Source: Eledone cirrhosa (Eukaryota). Taken from it: DNA of 64,000 nt. Position 1 is the stretch's first letter; every line of letters starts with the position of its first letter. The DNA lies in contig OZ024740.1 of the NCBI GenBank assembly GCA_964016885.1, positions 79,918,001-79,982,000 of the forward strand, written 5' to 3'. Below are positions 38,185 to 51,734 of the stretch, piece after piece. The translations under genes and the position numbers were made by a program. The notes below the pieces were generated by a model. It saw only the letters and a list, made by a program, of their open reading frames with translations, was not told where the DNA came from and made no database searches.

Positions 38185-38215
<31 letters not shown>

Positions 38216-38292
38216 GTTATTATTTCAAACTCTTAATTCCCGCTCCTTAATATCTCTCCCCCTCCACCACACTCTACAGCATGCGGTCAAAT

Positions 38293-38326
<34 letters not shown>

Positions 38327-41300
38327 ACCCATATACATATATAAGACAAAGTAATTCACTTTCGCCAAACTTGTGGCTGAACTTCATTCATTCATGGTTA
38401 TAATGTAATGTACTCATTTTTCTACCTCTTCTAACATCCGCCTAATTCCATAGTCCTTCCAACAGCATTTTTAGTCCTTCCAATAGCATTTTTTCTATCC
38501 TCTTTCCAATTCTTGTCTCACTAGCCATCCATCCTATTTCCCCATGTATTTTCCAAAACAAATCTCTTGTATTTCTGTCATGCTTGTAAAAATACGGAAG
38601 TTTTTGGCGTATTTTACTAAACAAATCTTGTATTTTTGTTTACGTTCGCTAAATACGGGGATCTCACTTAAACCTATCCTTCTCACTAACAACTCAACAC
38701 CCCTCCATCCCGCCCCCACACACCACCATTATTATTACGTGGACCAATCATAAGCCAGAGGCCTATACTATCGCTTACCTGGTCGCCTTCGATATGTAGG
38801 ATGGAAGGACTACGGAGTTCCGGAGAGTTGAAGAGAGAAAAATCTGGATGCTCAGCGACAATGCCAAAGTTAAAGACAATCACACCTCGTGGACGAGAAT
38901 GCGAGCATGCCTCTTTGTTTCGGCCGCGGATGGCTAACATAACCCCATCTCCCCCCGCTCCCCACCTTTCCAACCCCCCAAACGCAATCCAAAACTTCAG
39001 ATTTGGTACCTTGAATGTAGGCACCTTAAAGGGTTGCTCTAACGAGGTTGTAGAAATGCTTGAACGTAAGGAGGTCGATGTTTGTTGTATTCAAGAGACC
39101 AGGTGGAGGGGTGGATCTGCTAGATTCATTGTGGGTAGAAAACGATGCTATAAGATTTTCTGGGTGGGAAACGACAATGGGCTGGGTGGAGTAGGAATCA
39201 TGGTTGCAGAAAAGTGGGCAGATAAGATAATAGACGTAAATAGAGTGAACGACAGAATAATTAAAATAAGACTTGTCCTCAATAGAACTACGGTGACAGT
39301 AATATCATCGTACGCACCCCAATCCGGATTGCCCAGCACTATAAAAGACAGATTCTATGAGACACTGATGCTCACTACCTCCCAAATAACCGACAGTGAC
39401 TATATAATTATTGCAGGCGACCTAAACGGTCACGTTGGACAACATTGTGACGGCTACGACGAAATCCATGGAGGCTATGGGTTTGGTACTAGAAATGAGG
39501 AAGGCTCCAGAATCCTGGAATTCTGCGACGCAAATAACCTAACTATCTGGAACACTAACTTCAAAAAACGAGACAATCACTTGATCACCTACAGATCAGG
39601 GGAACATACCAGCCAGGTAGATTATATCCTTACCAGAAGACGTGACAAAGTGACTGTCGTAAACACTAAATCCCTCCCCCATGAAGAATGCACCTCCCAA
39701 CATAGACTGATAATTAGCGACCTAATAGTCAGGACGAGACGTACTAGACAACAGAAAAGGACTATCCTCAGGAGAAAAATATGGAAGCTAAAGGACCCCA
39801 CAGCCAAGAATAAATTCCAAAGCATATTACTTGATGCTTTCGACAGTGAGGAAGAGCAATTAGAGACGTACAAGGTAGAGGAGCAGTGGGAATTCCTGAA
39901 AGCAAACCTGCTGACGGCGGCAGACGAAGTCTGTGGCTGGAGCAGGCCTGTAGGCAGGAGGAGAGTAACATGGTGGTGGAACAGTAAGGTGGAGGGGTCA
40001 ATTAAGGCCAAAAAGCAGGCTTGGAAAGTATGGCGGGATGGGGGAAGCAGAGAAGACTATCAAGTGGCCAGGAGGGAAGCTAGGAGACAAGTGTACTTCG
40101 CAAGAAGGGAAGCAGAGGAAAAAAAGTTCAAGCATGTTCTACAACGTGAGGACTAAAAACGTGAGGTGTTCAGGATTGCTAGGCAATGTGTCAAGGAAAA
40201 CAGTGATATTGTCGGGGAGAAGTGTGTACTTAACGATGACGGCGTACTTGCCATCACCGATGCCGATAAGAAGGTAGCTTGGAAGTGTCACTATGAAAGG
40301 CTACTAAATGAGGAGAACAAATGGGAGAAAGACAGTCTCCCCCACATCGACCCAATAGAGGGACCAGCAGTGTTAGTCGAGGGTAGTATAATAAGTAAGG
40401 CAATCAAAGATATGAAGACAGGCAAGGCGGCTGGGCCTTCGGAAATAGTTGCCGAGATGCTGAAGGCATCTGGTACGGTGGGACACACTATGGTCACCCG
40501 GATAGTAAACCAAGTCATACAGAATGTGGTCGTTCCGAAGGACTGGCGTAGCAGCATCATCATTAACTGCTACAAGGGTAAAGGAGATGCCTTAAATAGG
40601 GGAAACTATAGAGGCATTAAATTAATCGACCAGGTCATGAAGGTTACGGAAAAAGTAATAGCGCAACTAATCAGAGAGCGAATTGATCTAGATGAAATGC
40701 AGTTCGGGTTTGTGTCAGGAAAAAGTACCACAGACGCTCTTTTCATTGTACGACAACTACAGGAGAAGTACCTAGCTAAAAGTAAACCCCTATACTTAGC
40801 TTTGGTCGACTTGGAGAAGGCCTTCGACAGAGTCCCCCATTCCATTATCTGGTGGGCTCTTAGAAAACTAGGTGTTGATGAATGGCTTGTGAGAGCTATA
40901 CAAGCCATGTATAAAGAAACAGTCAGCAAGGTTAGAATTAACAACGAATATAGTGAAGAGTTTAGTGTAAAAGTTGGTGTTCATCAGGGCTCTGTTCTTA
41001 GCCCCCTACTATTTATTATTGCCCTCCAGGCTATAACAGTGGAGTTCAAGACCGGCTGCCCATGGGAACTCCTATACGCAGATGATCTAACACTCATAGC
41101 TGAATCAATGGCCGAGCTAGAGAAGAAATTCCAAACATGGAAGCACGGCCTAGAATCAAAAGGCCTTAAAATTAACCTGGCTAAGACTAAAGTTCTAGTT
41201 TGTAAGAAAGAAAATAAGGCGGCGGTCCCCTCCGGGAAGTGGCCATGCGCAGAGTGTAGGAAAGGCGTAGGCAGAAATTCTATTTTGTGTCCCAAATGCA

Positions 41301-42418
41301 ATGTTTGGGTGCATAAAAGATGTAGTGGGATCACAGGTAAGCTAACTAAGAACATAGATTTTACATGTGGCCGGTGTTCTGGGGCAATAAGTAGCAGCAA
41401 GTGCCCACAAAATACCAGCTCTTTCAACTGCGCAGAGGGTTCTATAGAAATAGTGGACAGCTTCCGTTACCTGGGTGACAAAATCAGCAGTGGGGGAGGG
41501 TGCTCTGAAAGTACAGTAGCTAGAGTCAGAACTGGGTGGAAAAAGTTCAGAGAGCTTATACCACTATTAGCCGCTAAAGGGTTCTCCCTAAAAATGAAAG
41601 GCAGGCTGTACGATGCCTGCATACGAACAGCAATGTTGCATGGCAGTGAGACCTGGGCATTGTGTGCAGAGGATATACGCAGACTAGAGAGAAACGAAGC
41701 TTGCATGCTCCGCTGGATGTGTAATAGTAATATACGTGAACGACAAAGCATAAACGAATTAAGAAAAAAATTAGAAATAAGAGGGATCAGATGTTGTTTA
41801 CTAGAGAGAAGGCTACGTTGGTATGGTCACGTGATGCGCATGAAAGACGACAGCTGTATAACAAAGTGCAGGGCAATAAAGATAGACGGTAGCCACGGAA
41901 TAGGCAGACCCAGAAAAACCTGGGACGAGCTGATAAACTCCGACCTCACACACTTACACCTCACCAAGACAATGTCACTGGACCGAGACCTTTGGCGGTA
42001 CTTAGTAATAGAGAAGACCCGCCTTACCTAAATACAAAGTAAAACCTACTACAGTCAGTAGGCATCTCTAACAAAATACACCCCCGTCCCACCACCCCCA
42101 CCATATCCACACCGCCCCCTTCTATGTAAAGTTATGTTGGTGCCGCGCCATCCAGGCCGAAACAAATGAGATCGTGTAGGTGTCACGACAAAAAAACACA
42201 CAGTCCACGCTGTAATGTGGCCGTGTAGGCAACACGGTAAAAACCTCCCAGACCCACACTGTAAATGTGGTTGGTGTTAGGAAGGGCATCCAACTGTAGA
42301 AAACCTGCCAGACAGTCCTATGCGAGCAAGACAATCACTCTTGCCTCAAGTGGGAAAACCCCCGTCCAAACCCATGCAAGCGTGGAACACGGACGTTAAA
42401 CGTTGATGATGATGATGA
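38216..42418 (+). mobile_element. RTE subfamily A, full-length
   Basis: 5' UTR follows (TA)n; ORF 38801-42031; 3' UTR; (GAT)n tail. Confidence 0.95.
38801..42031 (+). pseudogene. RTE EN-RT-PHD ORF with a single nonsense mutation (CAA>TAA at 40154)
   Basis: ORFs 38801..40156 and 40166..42031 are in the same frame. Confidence 0.92.
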
Positions 42419-43099
42419 TTCATCATACACACACACATGAGTTTGCCTGAGTGAACACAAATGTAGGCTCCACTCCCTACTTTATAGCTGAGGTGGTTGA
42501 ATATTAAGAAGGGCATTCAGTTATCTGTAACAAGTCTTTCATCAAAGAAGGTACCTTAGTGTGATTGCTTTATTTGTGAGGAATAGTAACCAAATCTCTC
42601 TAAAATGCCATTTTACCCTACTTTCAAAGAAGGATACATGAGATTATATAGTGCTAGGTACACAATGTTCTCTCCTCTGCAAAATGTGGGATAATCATGG
42701 CTGACCCAAAAGAGAAATAACAACAAAAAAGAAGCAGCTTATGGTAGCACAGTCAATGAAATTGTTGATTATGTGTGCTCGATTACCTGCTGGTCGTGAG
42801 TTCAATCCTTGGGTTAGTGTCTATACTAGTGTCTATATTATAGTGTAAGCAGAACAAACAAGTCACATCACAAATATCTAATTATTGAATACAAGAATAT
42901 CCAGTGCATGGACAAGGGGGTAAGTACAAGCTATCCCCTATGGTTTTTAGAAAAAGGTTTAGCTAAAAATTTGCAGAACATTACGTGTCAGGTGCCTGGA
43001 GAAGTCTGGAGAGCTGAACAACAACACACTGATTTTAAAACTCAAAATGAAAACACCTGTCTGATGAAATGTACCATGTACACTCTGTAATAATAATAA

Positions 43100-43216
43100 T
43101 AATTACTACTTTTTGGCACAAGTCCAGCAATTATTCCAGTGCATTACTGGTACTTTATTTTATTGACCCCGTAAGGATGAAAGGCAAAGTTAACCTCGAC
43201 AGGATTTGAACTCAGA
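43100..43216 (-). mobile_element. SINE family 2 fragment
   Basis: Family consensus. Confidence 0.8.
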
Positions 43217-44102
43217 CCGTACAGTGCTCAGCTTCACTTCAACTCATCAAAGGTGCATGTATAATACATAAAATAATGTACAAAAGTCAGGAAAGTAAAA
43301 TGATAAAATGCACAAAGTACACACTATATAGTGGCTGGTGTTAGGAAGAGCATCCAACCATAGAAACCATACCAAAATATGAAATATATAAACAAGACAT
43401 AACTCTCTGACCTGTTTAGTCCCAGACAGTGATGGAAGCTCAAAATCCATCCCATCCCATGCCAGCTTGGAAAACACAGGTGAAATTATGATGAGTTCAG
43501 TTCCTTTGCTCACCAAGTTAATTTTTTTCCTATTTTCTTCCCAATATTCCTTATATTGTTTCTATTTTTAATACTTTAGATGAAAATAACCATCTTCTCC
43601 CTATGAAATGATGTGTTTAGCTGCATAGCAGGAATGCAAAGTTTATTCTTGTAATCTCTGCTGATATATTTCTTGCTTTCTTCAGATCATATGTGCCAAC
43701 ATCTATTAAAATGCCACAGCTATCTATGGTTATATGAGACATTTTGACCAAACATCTGTAACAGTTTTTGCCAAAATCAACTTATTGGCTCAGCATGGAT
43801 TTGACAATCTCCTCCATTTCTTGGTATTTTTGTTTCCTTTTTGGCTAGTAATTCTCTCTCTAATATATATATATATATATTGTTATACTCACTGTTTGGT
43901 TGGTTTTGTCCTTCTGTATCTTTTATATCTCCATAGTTAATTTATTTGGCAACCAACGGTTAAAAATACAGATATAAATATATTTAGTCTATCGAAGTTC
44001 TTTTGTTGCACATCTGCAACATCTCCAAGTATAAGAGTATTTGTTTCGACACACAGTTTCATATAAAAAACCTTGCAAAACAAATGTATATATATATAGA
44101 TC

Positions 44103-44338
44103 GAGATCGTGTGGGTGTCATGACAAAAAAAAAAACACACAGTCAACGCTGTAATGTGGCCGTGTAGGTAACATGGTAAAAAGTTCCCAGTCCACACTGT
44201 AAATGTGGTTGGTGTTAGGAAGGGCATCCAGCCTATATGAGCGAGACACGGTCACTCGACCAACCTTGCCTCAAGTGGGACAACTCCAGTCTAACCTATG
44301 CTAGCGTGGAAGATGGACGTTAAACGTTGATGATGAAG

Positions 44339-44340
<2 letters not shown>
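44103..44340 (+). mobile_element. RTE solo 3' UTR in (TA)n
   Basis: Homologous to the subfamily A 3' UTR. Confidence 0.85.
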
Positions 44341-44369
<29 letters not shown>

Positions 44370-44371
<2 letters not shown>

Positions 44372-44618
44372 GGTTGAGCAACGGAAACAAAAAGATGAGG
44401 TTTAGTGCCAAATTACTTCATTGTTTTACAATCGTTTCAGGTTTATTGGCCATAATGATATCTATAAGAATTATACAACTCAACATAATAGATCAATCTC
44501 ACAGTTTTCATCAGAAACAATGATATTATTATAATCAATTATCTTTTTGAAATTATCGTAAATCAGTGAACTAATTTAGCACTAAACCTCACCTTTTTGT
44601 TTTCAGTGTTCAACCTAT
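44370..44618. mobile_element. MITE with ~70-bp imperfect TIRs
   Basis: AGGTTGAGCAACGGAAACAAAAAGATGAGGTTTAGTGC versus GCACTAAACCTCACCTTTTTGTTTTCAGTGTTCAACCT. Confidence 0.7.
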
Positions 44619-44930
44619 ATAACTGACACAGTAGTTTGTTTTGAATGCTCAGTGAAATCTAATAAGATATCCTACCATGAAAACAAAAACTCTTATCACC
44701 TGATTTCCAGATTTATACTGCCGTACTATGTAGTATCAGTGTGTGTCTGTAGGTGGAGGATGTATGTATATCCATCTATCTATCTTTTTTCTCCCTCTCA
44801 TTCTGTTCTCAATACTGCCCTATCCACCTCTTCCTTTCAAGCCTCTGTCTCATTCTTTTGTGATTTGACCACCGACCTAGTCAGTTCATTTTCACTGTGT
44901 CTCTTGCGATTACTCTAACTAACTTGTATT

Positions 44931-45116
44931 CGGTGAATTGGCAGTATCGGTAGAGGGTTGGACGCCATGCTTTCTAGCATAGTTACGTCCCTTTACAGTC
45001 TGAGTTCCAATCCCGCCGAGGTTAACTTTGCCTTTCATCCTTACGGGGGTCGATAAAATAAAGTACCAGTAATGTACTGGGTATTGGCTGGCCTTGTGCC
45101 TAAAGTAGAAACAATT
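44931..45116 (+). mobile_element. SINE family 2, full length
   Basis: Family consensus. Confidence 0.85.
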
Positions 45117-46361
45117 AATTTAATTAATTCCTTTGTTACTCCTATGGTTACTGACTAACCCACATTTGAGTCAGTCGCTTTGGATTGTAGCAATTTTCCT
45201 GATAAGTGGGAATTGTCCATGTGCTTGTCTCCGAGTTTTCTGTTTCCTATAATTCTCCCATGTTTTTTTTTAATGACACATACACACTCACACTAACACA
45301 GAGTGGGTTACCGAGATTGCGCCAGTGTGTAAATAAATATATACATTTTTAATATGTAGACATGTAAATACATCAGGAAATAAGAATTACCCTCTAAATA
45401 AAAAAAAAATAAAACCCTATACTTGATTTTTGGACCTAGTTTGACCCTCGTCTGTAGATCCAAACAACCACAAGGAAACACATATTTGATGGTCTTATAT
45501 ACCCATTTGCTCTTAGTAGTATTCAGATTATGTATATCATCATCATAATCATCACCTGCATGGGTTGGATGGGTTGTCATATTCTGAGACTAGAGAGGTC
45601 AGATGACCACATCTTGTTTATATGGTCCACTTTGACATAATTCCCTTAGCATGATGTGTTTTATTGTGATACTAGTTCTACCGCATTACAGAGTGGGTAG
45701 GGTGCATTTTATCATTATATCAGTTCCAGCACTTGCAGAGTACACTGGGTACATTCCAGTGTTGCATTAACACTAGTACAATCATTGCGTTATTAGCTGG
45801 ACATTGAGGAGGTAGTGATGAGGATGGGAGGGGAAGATTTGAGCATGGCAAGAGTGGCACTGAAGGAGCAGTATAAGCTCCATCATGGTTACTGAGTAAG
45901 TTATCCCCCCCCCCCCCCAGGAAGGAAAAAGAGAGGGTGAAAGTTGGTATCATGTCATGGGGTTTCTAAGAGCAGCCTCAGAGAGCCATCACTCAAGGAG
46001 AGAGTGAGTGAGAGAGAGAGAGAGAGGGGGAAGGTGAGGCAGCTTTTAAGAGACAGGGAAACTAGCAGTCTAGTGGGGGTGAAGGAGGAGTAGGTTCATA
46101 AGATTAGTAAGTGTAGATATGGGCTGGGAGTCAATATTTCTTTGTGTGTGTATGTGGAGAGACAAGATCAATATGTGTGTGTGTGTGTGGGGGGGGGGGT
46201 CAATATGAGCAGGATTGTAAATAAATAGCAAGGGTGTGGAGGGAAGTATGACTAGTTTATGGTAGTAGATCAGGAAGATTAGTGTGGTTGAGTAATGGTC
46301 TAACCAGGATGAAACTGTTTAGATCATTACTCAACAGAGTACTCAATACTTGGGGTGAGTA

Positions 46362-49300
46362 TAGCGGTATAAGCTCTCTGAACTTTTTCCATCCAGTTCT
46401 GACTCTAGCTACTGTACTTTCAGAGCACCCTCCCCCACTGCTGATTTTGTCACCCAGGTAACGGAAGCTGTCCACTATTTCTATAGAACCCTCTGCACAA
46501 TTGAAAGAGCTAGTATTTTGTGGGCACTTGCTGCTACTTATTGTACCAGAGCACCGGCCACATGTAAAATCTATGTTCTTATTTAGCTTACTTGTGATCC
46601 CACTACATCTTTTATGCACCCATACTTTGGATTTGGGACATAAAATGGAGTTTCTACCTACGCCTTTCCTACACACTGAGCATGGCCATTTCCCGGAAGG
46701 GACCGGCGCCTTATTTTCTTTCCTACAAACTAGAACTTTAGTCTTAGCTACGTTAATTTTAAGGCCTTTTGATTCTAGGCCGTGCTTCCATGTTTGGAAT
46801 TTCTTCTCTAGCTCGGTCATTGATTCAGCTATGAGCGTTAGATCATCTGCGTATAGGAGTTCCCATGGGCAGCCGGTCTTGAACTTCTCTGTTATAGCCT
46901 GAAGGGCAATAATAAATAGTAGGGGGCTAAGAACAGAGCCCTGATGAACACCAACTTTTACGCTAAACTCTTCACTATATTCGTTGTTAATTCTAACCTT
47001 GCTGACTGTTTCTTTATACATGGCTTGTATAGCTCTCACAAGTCATTCGTCAACACCTAGTTTTTTAAGAGCCCACCAGATAATGGAACGGGGGACTCTG
47101 TCGAAGGCTTTCTCCAAGTCGACAAAGGCTAAGTATAGGGGTTTACTTTTAGCTAGGTACTTCTCCTGTAGTTGTCGTACAATGAAAAGAGCGTCTGTGG
47201 TACTTTTGCCTGACACAAACCCGAACTGCATTTCATCTAGATCGATTCTCTCTCTGATTAGTTGCACAATTACTTTTTCCGTGACCTTCATGACCTGGTC
47301 GATTAATTTAATGCCTCTATAGTTACTCCTATCTAGGGCGTCTCCTTTACCCTTGTAACAGTTAAGGATGATGCTGCTACGCCAGTCCTTCGGAACAACC
47401 CCATTCTGTATGACTTGGTTTACTATCCGGGTGACCATGGTGTGTCCTACCGTTCCAGAGGCCTTCAGCATCTCAGCAACTATTTCCGAAGGCCCAGCCG
47501 CCTTACCCGTCTTCATATCTTTGATTGCCTTACTTATTATACTACCTTCAACTAACACTGCTGGTCCCTCTATTGGATCGATCTGGGGGAGACTATCCTT
47601 CTCCCATTTATTCTCCTCATTTAGTAGCCTCTCGTAGTGACACTTCCAAGCGACCTTCTTATCAGCGTCAGTGATGGCGAGTACGCCTTCATCATTTAGT
47701 ACTCACTTCTCCCCAACAATATCACGGTTTTCCTTGACACATTGCCTAGCAATCCTGAACACCTCACGTTTTTGGTCCTCGCGTTGTAGAACATGCTTGG
47801 ACTTTCTTACCTCTGCTTCCCTTCTTGCGAAGTACACTTGTCTCCTAGCTTCCCTCCTGGCCACTTGATAGTCTTTTCTACTTCCCCCATCCCGCCATAC
47901 TTTCCAAGCCTGCTTTTTGGCCTTAATCGACTCCTCCACCTTACTGTTCCACCACCATGTTACTCTCCTCCTGCCTATAGGCCTGCTCCGGCCACAGACT
48001 TTGTCTGCCGCCATCAGCAGGTTTGCTTTCAGGAATTCCCACTGTTCCTCTATATTATACGACTCTAAATGCTCTTCCTTACTGTCGAAAGCATCAAGTA
48101 ATATGCTTTTAAATTTATTTCTGGCTGTGGGGTCCTTTAGCTTCCATATTTTGCTCCTGAGGATAGTTCTCTTCTGCTGTCTAGTACGTCTCGTCCTGAC
48201 TATGAGGTCGCTAATTATCAGTCTATGTTGGGAGGTGCATTCTTCATGGGGGAGGGTCTTAGTGTTTACAACAGTCACTCTGTCACGTCTTCTGGTAAGA
48301 ATATAATCTACCTGGCTGGTATGTTCCCCTGATCTGTAGGTGATCAAGTGATCGTCTCGTTTTTTGAAGTTAGTGTTACAGATTGTTAGGTTATTTGCGT
48401 CACAGAATTCCAGGATTCTGGAACCTTCCTCATTTCTAGTACCAAACCCATAGCCTCCATGGATTCCATCATACCGGTCACAATGTTGTCCAACGTGACC
48501 ATTTAGGTCGCCAGCAATAATTATATAGTCACTGTCGGTTATTTGGGAGGTAGTGAGCATCAGTGTCTCATAGAAAGTGTCTTTTATAGCACCAGGCAGT
48601 CCGGATTGGGGCGCGTACGCAGATATTATCGTCACAGTAGTTCTATTTAGAACAATTCTTATTTTAATTATTCTGTCGTTTACTCTATTTACGTCTATTA
48701 TCTTATCCACCCATTTTTCTGCTAACATGATTCCTACCCCACCCAGCCCATTGTCATTTCCCTCCCAGAAAAGCTTATAGCATCGTTTTTTACCCACAAT
48801 GAATCTAGCAGACCCGACCCTCCACCTGATCTCTTGGATGCAGCAGACATCAACCTCCTTACGTTCAAGCATTTCTACAACCTCGTTTGAGCGGCCTTTT
48901 AAGGTCCCTACATTCATGGTACCAACTCTGAAGTTTTGGATTGCGTTTGGTGGGTGGAGTGCAGGGAGGGGTGAGATTGATGGGGTTGGGGGTTATGTTG
49001 GCCATCCGCGGCCGCAACAAAAAGGGTGGGGCTTAGCCCTTTTGTCCGGCAGCATGAGGTGAATTTGTCGTTATCTTTTGCATTGTTTTCGGGTGTCCAG
49101 ATTCTCCTGACTCTCCAGAAATTCCCTAGTTCATCCATCATATCGAAAAAGCAACCAGAAGTGCTAGCATAGGTCGTTTACTTGTGATTGGTCCAAATAA
49201 TAAGGTGGAGAGTGGGGGCGGGAGGGAGGGGTATGGGGTAGTTTGCGAGGAGCAGAATTATTTTTAGAACCACGGTGAGACAGAACAAAATTATAGAAAG

Positions 49301-49690
49301 CCAATTTTGAATACGATTTTTTGATTCTGGGGTATTGTAAGATATATAGATGAATGAACCGAATGTGGAGAGTTGAGAAGAAAATGAAATATGTATGTTA
49401 CATTTCGTAGAAGAAAACTAAACAAACGACCATCAATAATAGTTGACAAATTCTGGGTTTAGTCCCCCGTAACAAGGCTTATTTATATTTGTTTGGCAAG
49501 GAGTGAGGGGGAGTGTGAGAGCAGCGTATAGGATAGTGATAGTGAGGGGGTGAGAGGGTGAGAGGCGATTTCAGCAGGCCGAGAGAGAGAGAGAGGCCAA
49601 TCCCTAATTTAACCTGGCATAATTTTTCGGCCAAAATGGTTGCGGGAATATTATTTAGAATTATAGATAGACAAACAATTATGAACATGA
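46362..49690 (-). mobile_element. RTE subfamily A with 5' UTR; 3' end missing
   Basis: ORF pieces 47703..48917, 47043..47558 and 46257..47039; homology stops after FRELIPL. Confidence 0.92.
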
Positions 49691-49694
49691 TTTT

Positions 49695-50350
49695 TTGATA
49701 TATATTAAATATATATATTTATTATATATATATATTGTATATATATATTATATATATTATATATATTAAATATATATATATATATTATATATATTATATA
49801 TATTAAATATATATATATATTATATATATTAAATATATATATATATTATATATATTAAATATATATATATATTATATATATTAAATATATATATATATAT
49901 TATATATATTATATATATTAAATATATATGTAAATATTATATATATTATATATATTAAATATATATATTTATTATATATATTAAATATATATATATATTA
50001 TATATATATATATATTATATATATTATATATATTAAATATATATATATATATTATATATATTATATATATTAAATATATATATATATTATATATATTAAA
50101 TATATATATATATATTATATATATTATATATATTAAATATATATGTAAATATTATATATATTATATATATTAAATATATATGTAAATATTATATATATTA
50201 AATATATATATATATATTATATATATTAAATGTATGTATATATATTATATATATTATATATATTAAATGTATGTATATATATTATATATATTATATATAT
50301 TAAATATATATATATATATATATTTTAAATATATATATATATATATATAT
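49695..50350. repeat. Long degenerate (TA)n tract with a TATATATTAAA higher-order unit
   Basis: Seen directly. Confidence 0.95.
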
Positions 50351-51080
50351 CATCATCATCATCATCAACGTTTAACGTCCGTGTTCCACGCTTGCATGGG
50401 TTTGGACGGGGGTAGTCCCACTTGAGGCAAGAGTGATTGTCTTGCTCGCATAGGACTGTCTGGCAGGTTTTCTACAGTTGGATGCCCTTCCTAACACCAA
50501 CCACATTTACAGTGTGGGTCTGGGAGGTTTTTACCGTGTTGTCTACACGGCCACATTACAGCGTGGACTGTGTGTTTTTTTGTCGTGACACCTACACGAT
50601 CTCATTTGTTTTGGCCTGGATGGCGCGGCACCAACATAACTTTACATAGAACGGGGTGGTGTGGATGGGGTGGGGGTGGTGGTGGTGGGATGGGGTGTAT
50701 TTTGTTAGAGATGCCTACTGGCAAGGCGGGTCTTCTTTGTTACTGAGTACCGCCAAAGGTCTCGGTCCAGTGACATTGTCTTGGAGAGGTGTAAGTGTGT
50801 GAGGTCGGAGTTTATCAGCTCGTCCCAGGTTTTTCTAGGTCTGCCTATTCCGTGGCTACCGTCTATCTTTATTGCCCTGCACTTTGTTATACAGCTATCG
50901 ACTTTCATGCGCATTACTTGTCCATACCAACGTAGCCTTCTCTCGAGTAAACAACATCTGATCCCTCTTATCTCTAATTTTTTCCTTAGTTCGTTTATGC
51001 TTTGCCGTTCACGTATATTACTGTTACACATCCAGCGGAGCATGCAAGCTTCGTTCCTCTCTAGTCTGCGTATATCCTCT
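50351..51080 (-). mobile_element. RTE subfamily A, 5'-truncated
   Basis: ORF 50705..51043; tail; AT tracts on both sides. Confidence 0.92.
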
Positions 51081-51264
51081 GATATTATATATATATATAT
51101 TATATATATTAAATATATATATATATATATAATAAATATATATATATATAGTAAATATATATGTATTTATATATATATATATATAATAAATATATATGTA
51201 TTTATATATATATATATAATAAATATATATGTATTTATATATATATATATAATAAATATATATG

Positions 51265-51299
<35 letters not shown>

Positions 51300-51400
51300 A
51301 ATATATATGTATTTATTTATATATATATATATAATAAATATATATGTATTTATATATATATATATATATAATAAATATACATGTATATATATATATAAGT

Positions 51401-51728
51401 GGAGGCACATGGCTTAGTGGTTCGACCATTGGCCTTGCAATCGAAAGGTTGTTAGTTCAATTCTCAGACTGGGTGATGTGTTGTTTCCTTGAGCAAGACA
51501 CTTTATTTCACATTGCTCCACTTTACTCAGCTGTAGAAATGAGATGATAGGGACTGGGGCCCATATCATTCCACTGTAAAGTGGTGGTGGAGGTGCCACG
51601 GCAAAAAAGCACCCAGTACTCACTGTAAATGAGGTTGGTGTTAGGAAGGGCATCCAGCTGTAGAAATCAAGCCAGTATCAGTTACCGTCCCACCCTTGCA
51701 AGCAGGGAAAAAGCGGACGTAAAATGAA
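51401..51728 (+). mobile_element. SINE family 1 (tRNA head + RTE tail)
   Basis: GGAGGCACATGGCTTAGTGG A box, GTTCAATTC B box, RTE-B 3' UTR modules. Confidence 0.88.
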
Positions 51729-51734
51729 AGACAA

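Noticed and set aside
38216-38800. HDV-like ribozyme in the RTE 5' UTR
   Set aside because: Known in some RTEs, but no nested double pseudoknot could be identified by eye.
51401-51475. tRNA gene
   Set aside because: It is the tRNA-like head of a multicopy SINE and continues into the core and RTE tail.
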